Origin: Oopsacas minuta
Lineage: Eukaryota; Animalia; Porifera
DNA: 64,000 nt
Direction: 5' to 3'
NCBI GenBank assembly: GCA_024704765.1
Contig: JAKMXF010000334.1
Coordinates: 1 to 64,000 of the forward strand
Under the pieces are notes generated by a model. That model saw only the letters and a program-made list of their open reading frames with translations. It did no database searches and had not been told where the DNA came from. Below, piece after piece: positions 31,766-41,772 of the stretch (positions are counted from its first letter, which is position 1; each line of letters begins with the position of its first letter). A program made the position numbers and the translations under genes.

Positions 31766-31866
31766 CTCTACTAATATAACGTGAATACCGTCATTAACTC
31801 GTTGGAAAAATTCTTATAATCCGCAAGATTAAACGCATTTTATGATTTAGCATAGTGCAAATCACC

Positions 31867-32268
31867 ATGACTTCAAAAACAGAATCTCTAGACGGTGTTG
31901 TGGTAAAGAAGGAGGATCAAAGTAGAATAAATAAGTTCGCACGTAAAAACGCACTTTTACAAGAATTGAAAGATGAACTGAAAAGTAAACAAGATATTCT
32001 CCAAGATATTGAAGAAGGGGAAAACAGTATGTTACTAACTCAAGAACAGATAATCCCATATCGTGTAGGTGAGGTATTCTTTGAATTGACAAATGAAAGA
32101 ACAATATCAATGCTGGAAATTGCGAAAAAAGAATGTTTAGAGAGGATTAGTAACCTTGAAGTGGAGATTATTGAAATTGAAAAGATTCTAAAGGATCTTA
32201 AGGCTGAGCTATACGCTAGGTTTGGGAATAATATTAACCTAGAGCCTACAGCGCCTAATGAAATATAA
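31867..32268 (+). CDS. PFDN4: Prefoldin subunit 4, intronless
   Basis: EDQSRINKFARKN, IPYRVGEVF and LKAELYARFGNNINLE. The true ATG is at 31867. Confidence 0.95.
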   Translation: MTSKTESLDGVVVKKEDQSRINKFARKNALLQELKDELKSKQDILQDIEEGENSMLLTQEQIIPYRVGEVFFELTNERTISMLEIAKKECLERISNLEVEIIEIEKILKDLKAELYARFGNNINLEPTAPNEI

Positions 32269-32476
32269 TTAGTGTTGATAATAGTATTATTTAAGCATTA
32301 GAATTGATGGGTAATATATCATTAATTGAGTATAGTAATTAGTGAATATTTCTCATTTATATCTACTGCTATACTACGTGTGACCTTTTACCGAAATACT
32401 TTGAATATAATCAGTTTCATTCATAAATGAGTTGGAAAATATGTACTAAACTAATATTGAGTATTTATTTTAATTT

Positions 32477-32546
32477 TACAGTGGAAACTCCCGAAGCGGA
32501 AAGATTGGGTCCCCAAGGGACTTCTCCGCTTTTAGAGGTTCAGTAT
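32477..32546. mobile_element. Short degenerate MITE
   Basis: tacagtggaaactccgaagcgg compared with the reverse complement of the right end, tatactgaacctctaaaagcgg. Confidence 0.5.
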
Positions 32547-32988
32547 AATACAATTGATGTGATGACTGCATTCATGAATCTTAAGAAAAACAAATTTCGA
32601 GCGATGATATTTTATAAAAGTGGGCGCTAGCTGATGATGGAATCAATTTATACACTTGTAGGGGATGATTCTCTCAGATTGACAATTAACTTACAGGCTT
32701 GCCATGGATATGGATAATCCGGTATCCACGTAAAATTGTACTGAATGTGAATGGGATTATTTATCTCCAAGGAAAGCCTGGTAAATTTGTGCAAAGTTGT
32801 TTCCTTTTAAGGTATATACTATTCCTGTATAATTCTACTAATTATGATTTCTAATTCCCGATCATTATGGAATTGTCTAGAATTAATTAATTCACTCCAT
32901 AATGTTCTATATTTACCCCAAAAGCGCAGCTATAAATATAATAATTGCACTAATGTAAATCAAAGTACAGAGTTTTTAATATCAAATT

Positions 32989-33762
32989 ATGTCTGATATA
33001 ACTATTTTGAAACTATTCATAGTTAAAATCTCAAGAACTTTACCGAAGGAAGATCGAGATAAATTTCTTCCCAAACTGAGATCATTTTGCGCTAAAATAA
33101 ATCTCGATTTCCCTGCGGAATTATCAATACAACCTAATTTCCTAAAATTAGCCGAATTCGCTATTAACAGTTCATGTATTACTCCAAAAGATACAGATTT
33201 ATTGACTCAGCTACTCGAAGAGACGGACAATACGAAACTTCGTGATGAACTCTTCGGCTTAGAAATCGGTTATCATAGAAAGTCACATAGACGTAGTAGC
33301 TCATATCATACGTTTACACAACCGAAAAAGCATGTATTGCATTACACAACACAACCGAACTTTTGTACAGATCGGAAGACTGAAAAGATCAAATTTTTCG
33401 ATGCCCCCTCACGAAAACACCCTCCTACTTTCGCACGTAGCAATTCGCGAACTTCTTGTGATGTGAGAGAGAGAAATGATGATACAATGCTTACTGATAT
33501 ACAAGTTATCACATTTTGTCGCCACATTGGTCAAAGTGAATGGAAGCAATTAGGAGTTATTGGGTTTAATTTATCTTTGACAGAAATACAAAGAATTGAT
33601 TATGATGAAAGGTATATGCAAGATAAACTAATTAAAATGTTTTCTGTTTGGAAGAATCTAGCCCTTGGTTCGAGTGATTATCCTCCTTTCACTACACTAG
33701 GTCTGAGACAAGCTGCAATTACTGCCGGACTTAATGGACTTGTACACAGATTGAAAATATAA
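32989..33762 (+). CDS. FADD-like adaptor: N-terminal DED-like domain and C-terminal death domain, 257 aa
   Basis: ITPKDTDLLTQLLEETDNTKLRDEL resembles DED helices 5-6. HIGQSEWKQLGVIGFNLSLTEIQRID...KMFSVWK...LRQAAITAGLNGLVHRL is a death domain. Confidence 0.7.
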   Translation: MSDITILKLFIVKISRTLPKEDRDKFLPKLRSFCAKINLDFPAELSIQPNFLKLAEFAINSSCITPKDTDLLTQLLEETDNTKLRDELFGLEIGYHRKSHRRSSSYHTFTQPKKHVLHYTTQPNFCTDRKTEKIKFFDAPSRKHPPTFARSNSRTSCDVRERNDDTMLTDIQVITFCRHIGQSEWKQLGVIGFNLSLTEIQRIDYDERYMQDKLIKMFSVWKNLALGSSDYPPFTTLGLRQAAITAGLNGLVHRLKI

Positions 33763-33788
33763 ATATTTCAGTATTTTCGAACCTCCAA

Positions 33789-33975
33789 TACAGTAGACTC
33801 TCGTTAATACGTACACCAGGGGACTGCCAAAATTCGCACTCCTTATCCAGAGTACGTATTATCCGGACTAGTTTACATTGAAAAGGTATCGAAGGGAAAT
33901 GATAAAGTGTACAAATTTGTGATCCTTACCGGAGTTACTCCTTAACCGTGTTCGTATTAACGAGACTCGACTGTA
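33789..33975. mobile_element. MITE with 23-bp TIR (21 of 23 matching), TA-flanked
   Basis: tacagtagactctcgttaatacg / cgtattaacgagactcgactgta. Relatives occur near 55525-55690 and 60348. Confidence 0.85.
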
Positions 33976-34694
33976 AATCCTAAATTTAACAGATTGTTAT
34001 ATAAGTTGTCCTTAAGATTATGTAAATTTCCTTCACCTTTTGAATTAATATATTATCTTTTATCAAATTTAATAATAACACTATGAGAATAGCCAGTTAT
34101 CAGAGATTGTTTTCATACAGTGGAACTTGCATAACCAACACTTGTATAATCCGAAAGACCTCTTTAATCTGACAGTGCGACAATACAAATTCATCTACAA
34201 AATTTTCATGTCCCAACTAGTATCGTTTATGCAGGTTCCACCGTTACAAGAAGACAAGATTCAACGTTAGATACTATGTAAAAGATAGTGACTTCACATA
34301 TATCATCCAGGGTCTACAAACATTTTGAATACCCTAAGTATTACGTCCATAGTCAGATCTACAAGTGACTGGCCAGTTGAACAACTAAGTAAGTTCGACA
34401 ATTGCATAGTAGCTAACTTGATTTAAGAAAAATGCTGAAGACACTAATTTGCGGACGTCGCGGAATGTAGAATATTTGTATTAGACTGGACTACAAAAAA
34501 TCGTGAATAATTAGTTGGGGCAAGTATGTAATTTACTACAACACTATACAATGGGTATCGCATATAAGAACACCTGTTATAAGGACAGATCGGATATAAG
34601 AATCATACCTGGAAATAGTTTTCATATACTCTTTTATATTTCATTAAGCGATAACCACTGTAATTAAATTCGATTAGCATTCCAAATTAGCAAA

Positions 34695-34991
34695 ATGGTA
34701 TCCAAAAATTGCCATCTCCAGCTCACAGGCACCGAAGTAAAAGCTCCTCCTCCTCCTAAAGGCACTAAGATATGGACTCCATTTATAGAAGATCTATACA
34801 GACTCCAATTATCTGGGTATATAAATGAATCTAATTATACACAACTATCGAATGAGCCAAGTATAGATCGTTGGCCAGAAAATGAGGGCGGATTTATTAA
34901 GAAGCTGAAGCGACAAGATGGGTCATATTATTATTTTAACCGAGGAAGAGAGTGTATGGATAAAGATGTTGCTACTGTTCAAATCAAATAA
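34695..34991 (+). CDS. MEIG1: Meiosis-expressed gene 1 protein homolog
   Basis: WTPFIEDLYRLQLSGY...DRWPENEGGFIKKLKRQDGSYYYFNRGRECMDKDV matches MEIG1 WSEEIENLYRFQQAGY...[33 protein letters not shown]. Confidence 0.9.
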   Translation: MVSKNCHLQLTGTEVKAPPPPKGTKIWTPFIEDLYRLQLSGYINESNYTQLSNEPSIDRWPENEGGFIKKLKRQDGSYYYFNRGRECMDKDVATVQIK

Positions 34992-35344
34992 GAATTGGAA
35001 CAGTTCGAAGTATCAGTTAATCAGCCTATCACTATGTACTATGGATTATGCGATTTGATTCTTATAGTATTTCACTTGTATGTATCGATTAATATATACT
35101 CGTATTGATGTTTACTGGAGTAGAGTGGAATGCGATTAATAAGATCACTTCGGGACCACGACCAGGTCATTTTGATCTGATTAAGAAGAGTTAAAAATGT
35201 TGGCTTCACAAACGGGCAACCGGTGTAGCATTTTTCGGCGTCCCTCGCAGCCCATTTGTGTTACACTGTGTTTCCAAAAATAATCAATTTCAAATATTAT
35301 AATATAATCGAATACATTTACAAACGTATATACTTTTCCTATAA

Positions 35345-36778
35345 TTAATAAATATTAATACAATTAATGCCCTCAGCAAACACACACACAACCTTGTTAT
35401 CACTAGTAATACAAATCCCTTGAGTATTTGATTGCACTTCTTTCTTACTACCAATCTCTTGCATCAATTTTCCTTCCTTTGAGAACACTATGAGAGTATT
35501 CCCATACAAAATACTGAGGATTATTAGTTCATCATGAGTAACACATAAATAGCTAGGGATACAGCATTCTCTGCTAATTTCAGTTAAGTTTATCATCGAG
35601 TTAACATGCTCTCCTTCTTTTGAAAATGTATGTACACACGTGTTTACTTCTAGATCCAAAACATAAACAAAGTCCCTTACAGCTATATCCTGTGGTTGTT
35701 GTAGTACTCCTGAACCAAGGACACTTTCAATTGATAATTTCAGGTTAAAAATGCATACTTGATTATTTCCTGTATCGACAAGGTAAATGCTGTCCGCATA
35801 CACCGTAATACCTTTTAGTGATTTGAATTTTCCTGGTTCAATTCCGCGCTTGAATCTTGTTATATTTAGCAATCTCCAATCTTCTATTGAGAATTCTATA
35901 ACGCTATTTAGCTTATCATCTGTTATATAGCAAATACCCTTATGTGTAGCAATGCAGGAAGGTCCTTCCAATGCCTCTTGTCCAAATTCCGCTCTGAAAT
36001 CACCGGTAACATGGAAAACGATTACTTTTCGCAGTTCCCTAGAAACAACATAGATATCCTGTCTTGTTGGTTCAAAATGAATTCCTCTTGGCTGGGTCAG
36101 TTGTCCGTATTTAATCCCTCTTTTTCCGAAACTTAAACTCGGGTTTTTCCTTCCCACGAAACTCTTTACCGAAAGCTTATCTTTCGTTTGCACAGATTTT
36201 TTGATAGGTTTTGAGGCAACTTTTGGCTTCTCAACTGTTACATCTGGTGAATCCAATTCTGTATAAATATCTGATAAATATTCATAGTCAGGAGTTTGTT
36301 TTGCCATCTTTGCTGGTTCGCTTCTCTTTCTAGGTGGTGGGTGCGGGGGAGCTTTTCGTTGAACCACGGGATGGTTCTCCACTGAAGCCATCGGTTCATA
36401 CTCCAATTCTTCTTTGCATTTTGTTGTTATTATGCTTCCCAACACCCTGATAGAATCAATTATTTCGTGTAATTCACCCTCAACAATATATCGAGGCATT
36501 TCTATATTTTTCCTCAATTCTTCCAATTCATTATTTACGGTAATAAGTCTCCCTTGAAGTATGTTAAAGGCTCTATCGCTTGTTACTTTCATGGCGTTAA
36601 TCTTTGTAATTTTGTCTTCTAGCTCTGTGATACTAGTTCGAGTTTCTTCTCGTTTATTTTTGTATTTCTTTTTCAAAATAATAATTTCCTCTAATAATTC
36701 GTTCTTCCTTCCCAGCGCACATTGTATAATCTTATCGAATATTGATTTAATTGTTGATTCGATTTCTGTGAACTCCAT
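35345..36778 (-). CDS. Coiled-coil + Pro/Tyr-rich linker + NHL-repeat protein, 477 aa, intronless
   Basis: N-terminal heptads, then NHL blades FGKRGIKYGQLTQPRGI, IYLVDTGNNQVCIF and LQQPQDIAV. Confidence 0.88.
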   Translation of the reverse strand: MEFTEIESTIKSIFDKIIQCALGRKNELLEEIIILKKKYKNKREETRTSITELEDKITKINAMKVTSDRAFNILQGRLITVNNELEELRKNIEMPRYIVEGELHEIIDSIRVLGSIITTKCKEELEYEPMASVENHPVVQRKAPPHPPPRKRSEPAKMAKQTPDYEYLSDIYTELDSPDVTVEKPKVASKPIKKSVQTKDKLSVKSFVGRKNPSLSFGKRGIKYGQLTQPRGIHFEPTRQDIYVVSRELRKVIVFHVTGDFRAEFGQEALEGPSCIATHKGICYITDDKLNSVIEFSIEDWRLLNITRFKRGIEPGKFKSLKGITVYADSIYLVDTGNNQVCIFNLKLSIESVLGSGVLQQPQDIAVRDFVYVLDLEVNTCVHTFSKEGEHVNSMINLTEISRECCIPSYLCVTHDELIILSILYGNTLIVFSKEGKLMQEIGSKKEVQSNTQGICITSDNKVVCVFAEGINCINIY

Positions 36779-37150
36779 TCATAAGAATAAGAACTGTTAT
36801 TCAAATATTAAGAATTTTAATATAATTCTTATATTAGCACCTATATAGCAGTTATAGAAATTCAGCAAAGTACATAGAGAGATTAAATTTCACTTTATAA
36901 GTACGTATATTAATGGATTGGAAAACAGGTTTGAATTCTTCTGCAAAGGTTTTTTAAATGTGTATCTTCTAAAGGAAACGTTTCAGCTAGATAAGTAACT
37001 ATAGCTATTTCCTAGTGTGCTAACTGGGGTATTATCTATACGTAAGCTGCTGCCTACAAGGACATAGATTTCAGTTAGCTCTCATATCTCTAGGCATATA
37101 CAAATTTGACCAATACTCCCATATCCTATTACAAATTGTATAGTCTGGGT

Positions 37151-37297
37151 CCAGGTTCCCAACCTTTTTCACATGTGGACCCCCTATACCAAATTCAACA
37201 CATTGTGTGGAACCCTCCCATAGACTGCATTCACTGCATTATATGTATACTGCACTGTCGTCCATTGACCTCATGGTCCTCCGGTTGGGAACCACTG
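37151..37297. mobile_element. Second copy of the hAT-like MITE at 31640
   Basis: ggttcccaacc ... ccctatacc ... ctgtcgtccatt ... ggttgggaaccactg. Confidence 0.7.
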
Positions 37298-37484
37298 ATA
37301 CCTTGAGAAGCTGGCTGAAATCCTGTATGTAACTCTCCTAACTAAATTGTTAATTCGAAATTAGCTAAAATTATACGTAACTTACACATTTCCATTCTAA
37401 GGTTTTCATTGAATGTCACGTATTGCTACACATAATGTTATCACTTAAACTTGTTAAAGTTGTTCACTATTGTTAGATAGCGAA

Positions 37485-40310
37485 ATGACCACATCATTTT
37501 TCGCTCCCAATCCTCAAGGAACTGGACTATTTCAATCCCAGAAGCCGCAGCTAAATCTTAATCTCTCCGGGACGGGAGGTACAGGAGGAGGAACTGGTCT
37601 ATTTGCTCCTAAGAGCCCTGCAGGTAACTTGCCCTAGACGACTGCCTAGTTCGCCTGTTGTTGAGTAGGAATGGACACTCACAAGTCACAACTCCCCAAA
37701 TTGTGACCAACCAAATTATAAATGGCCAATTTTTAAATTTATTAGTTGTGCCATTCTAAAATATTCAGAAATATAACCACTTCAAATTTACAGGCTCTCA
37801 AAGTGGTCTTGTTCGTGATTCCCTGATATACTATGTATTGATTTTTCCCTTTAGGTACTACAGGCTTAGGACTAGGCATGAATCCTAGCTTTACAGGATT
37901 GGGTACATCAGCACGGCCAGGTGTACTAGGTGGAGGTGCAACAACTGGGCTAGGAGGTGGTCTAGGTGGCATGACAGGACTGGGAGGTGGTTTGGGCGGG
38001 GGATTAGGTGGTACGGCTGGATTGGGAGGTGGTTTGGGCGGTGGTTTAGGTGGCACGGCTGGATTGGGAGGTGGTTTAGGTGGCACAACTGGATTGGGGG
38101 GTGGTTTGGGCGGTGGTTTAGGTGGCATGACAGGACTGGGAGGTGGTTTGGGCGGTGGTTTAGGTGGCACAACTGGATTGGGAGGTGGATTAGGTGGAGG
38201 TTTAGGTGGCACAACTGGACTGGGAGGTGGATTAGGTGGAGGATTAGGTGGAGGTTTAGGTGGCACAACTGGACTGGGAGGTGGATTAGGTGGAGGTTTA
38301 GGTAGCACAACTGGACTGGGAGGTGGATTAGGTGGAGGTTTAGGTGGCACAACTGGACTGGGAGGTGGATTAGGTGGAGGTTTAGGTGGCACAACTGGAC
38401 TGGGAGGTGGATTAGGTGGAGGTTTAGGTGGCACAACTGGATTGGGAGTTGGTTTGGGTGGAGGTTTAGGTGGCACTACAGGGCTAGGTGGTGGTTTGGG
38501 CGGGACAGGCGGATTAGGTGGTTTAGGTGGCGGTTTGGGTGGGACAACTGGCCTTGGAGGTGGTTTAGGCGGGGTGACTGGATTAGGAGGAGGGCTAACT
38601 GGGATGGGGAGGGGTACAACAGGTGGACTTGGTATTGGAACAGGTCTAGGAGGAGGGATCGGAGGAGGTTTAGGTGGTCAGACAGGTCTCGGAATGGGGC
38701 TGGGCGCGGGCACCGCCGGAGGACTCGGGAGAGGTCCAGGCACAACAGGGGGTCTGTTTGGCCTGAAACCCCAAACAAGTTTACTTAATCCTTCGAGCAC
38801 AGGACAAATTGGTGTAGGCACTAAACCACAATCCCATGATGAGCAACTACAACTAACAGCTATGTCACTAAGTTCTCCTACGATATTCGGGGATGAGAGA
38901 GATACTGTGATTACAAAACTGAATCAGCTACAAGTATATTGGGGCAATGGAAAGGGTATTTGTAATTCTATGGGTACTACTGTAGACTTCAGAGAAACTA
39001 ATCCATTCTTTGTTATGAAGTCTGTCGGGTAAGTTTATCTTATATTAGACACCGCTAAATAGAGCCATCGGTATAGTGAGATGTCCGTCAGCGCGCGGCA
39101 TGCGAAATCTAGCAGTCCGATTAACATGAAAATTGGTTCACATATACATTTTTGATCGGAGATATGCACCTCGGGTTTGATTTTTTATAAAGTGAAATTC
39201 ACACCTATAATTAATTATATTTGGTGATTAATTATTCATATTTTCACTCCTTTCTATGAAATTCAAATTTCTTAGTAATGTTTTTGGCTAATTGACCCTA
39301 TTAAGTGGAGTCTGCTGTATATCGCATGCGTATTTATATTTTATATTTCTAGTTACGTAAAGCTACCAACAACAGAGGATAAAGAAGGATTAGTTCGTAT
39401 CATTGTCAACAAACCAGAGAGCGAAATAAAAACCCTCAAAGCCAGTATTTGTAACACTTTACGTCAAATAATAAACGATCAAAACATTACCCCCGTTATT
39501 GACTCAATACATGGCATTATTGAGACAAAATTGAGTGAAATTAGATTTTATCTGCTTGATGGTAACAAAAATCGTATTTCAACACGAATAGTTGTAGCGT
39601 TTTTTTCAACAGCTGATATGACTATGAAGCTTCGTAATATGGGTGTACAGGAGTTACACCCTTGCTTACGACCGTCTGATGAATCAATTAAGGCATACTT
39701 AGCGAAAACTCCCGATGGATTTGATCCGAATGTTTGGACACAGGCCCTAAAGAATAATCCTAACCCCCAGGAAATGATTCCAGTACCGATTTTAGGGTTC
39801 CAAGCTTTGAAAGCAAGGGTCCTCGCTCAAAAAAGTCAAACTGAACAACATGAATCGCGGCTCAAACTTATTGGTAACGAAATCGCAACTCTACAGCAAA
39901 CACAAACAAGCATTGTATCAAAATATGAACAAGCAAAACGTAAACAGTTAGAATTGAATCATAGACTTTTGAAAATTATGGTTCAACAAGAAACAACTCG
40001 CAAATCAGGACACTCCATACAAGAAGATGAGGAAATTCTACGTATTAATTTTGAAACAACTCTAAACGAACTAACATCACCATCAGGTGTAAAAAGCGAA
40101 TTAACAGAAATGACGTCAATGGTGCGATTAACCTTACCCAACACTCAATACAAAGAAAATAACTATAAACTCGGAGATGATGTCACTATAGGAATTCAAA
40201 TGCATCTCAGTGATCAGCAAGAAAGGATTGAAAATCTTATGAAAGTTATAACCGAAGATATGGAAGATTTGTGTGTAATACAAGAGGCTCTGGTTGATGG
40301 TAGAATGTAA
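37485..40310 (+). CDS. NUP54: Nucleoporin 54, exons 37485-37623, 37855-39028 and 39353-40310
   Basis: Core PTIFGDERDTVITKLNQLQVYWGNGKG and TPDGFDPNVWTQALKNNPNPQEMIPVPILGFQALKAR, plus a coiled coil QAKRKQLELNHRLLKIM. Splice phases are consistent (1,2). Confidence 0.92.
37930..38720 (+). repeat. Coding minisatellite, 42-bp unit encoding LGGTTGLGGGLGGG
   Basis: Repeated ttaggtggcacaactggactgggaggtggattaggtggaggt, near-perfect over about 38160-38470. Confidence 0.9.
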
Positions 40311-41772
40311 TAGATTGTTACTACACTGTCTGTAATGGTATTTCATTATGTAGAGGTATTTTTGTTTGTTTGCCTTATTTTAGAATAGCATGATTCACTT
40401 CTTAGTTCTTACAAATAGTTTAGGTATAATTGTATGTATTGGACAATGAGTCACGAATGGTGAGTGGTGATATATTAGCCATCACACAATTTTGAAAATT
40501 CAACATTGTGAAATACAACACGCTGCGAATCACCAATTTCTCGAGCGCATCATTTAACGCGCTTACCTATCTATGTGTATTAAAATCTGGACGATTAATA
40601 TAGCAAATGCGTCAGCTCTCAATCCGTATTATGATCGCTTTACCAAATGGCCCCTAACCACCAAAGTTACGTTTTCATCGAAGTAATTATTACGGTCCCT
40701 TACCTTCGATAAAACTGACTGTATTTTAATTTGTAATTGTCCAACTTTATTATCCCAAACAATAAATAAAATTCCTATCCAAACGTGCACAAGAGAAACA
40801 ATGCAACACAAAAATAATATTTACTAAATAATTAATGGATATAATGGACTGAATGAGTATTTGAATAAATCAGTCATTTGACAAACAATCTATGTAAATG
40901 TAACATGTGCAATAATTTTGGGCTAAGACCCGACTCTAGTTGTCAAACATACAAATGGAAGCCTGTGCTGACAGTACATCAGCTATTTACGTTATACAAA
41001 AGAGATTTAATCTAATTCTTTACAGTACAAAATTTTAGTTTTGTCAGAAGCGGGAAAAGAAACCATTTATCTTAAATGGTAACCCATGTCTTATGCTATC
41101 GTATGTTATAAAATTGACAGGCAGGATGGGTAACAGTTAGTTTGAAAGTTATTCTAATGTATTTGGAGAATATTGTAATTCCTTAAAGTGTACTGATCTA
41201 TTTCTCACTTCATTTCTATCATTTCATTTTCTTGTAATTTCTACTGAAGTCACTGCTATACTAATTGTCATTACTCCATCGAACTGCTTAACTGTATATT
41301 TTACAAATCCATTTAGTTAGGGATAGCATATGTAATTACTGTGCTGACTATAATATTACTTAGCATTGGTATCTCCGAGCATATTTAGTACGTTGTCTAT
41401 GCATGTGTTTAGCTGTAACTATATAAAAGCTAAACAATCATTGATTTCCAACTTATGTAGGATGTAAACTTCACCATTGTTATGTGTTCTGAGTCTTGTG
41501 ACATCACCATGATCATGTGTGATAGAATTTTACAACCTGGCGCCGAATATCTTTAATGGATAAATTACATATATTATTTAAATATTGAACACTTCATTAT
41601 CGATTCGAGTATTCATCGAGTTATGCAAATATTCTGAATATTAAGCAAGGGAAGCCTTACTATTGCGACTCAGGGCTAAGCGTGTATTGATTACTATAAA
41701 AAGGAAGTTGAACTATCAATGTTGTTACATTGTCCATATACAAATATATTGTACTGTCTAAATACGTAATAA

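Noticed and set aside
32427-32630. 67-aa ORF with an apparent splice acceptor
   Set aside because: Its core is a short MITE (32477-32546), and no homology was recognised.
37742-38778. Proline-rich (244 aa) and His/Leu-rich ORFs on the minus strand
   Set aside because: These are antisense shadows of the Gly-rich NUP54 repeat, which splices in frame into the NUP54 core.
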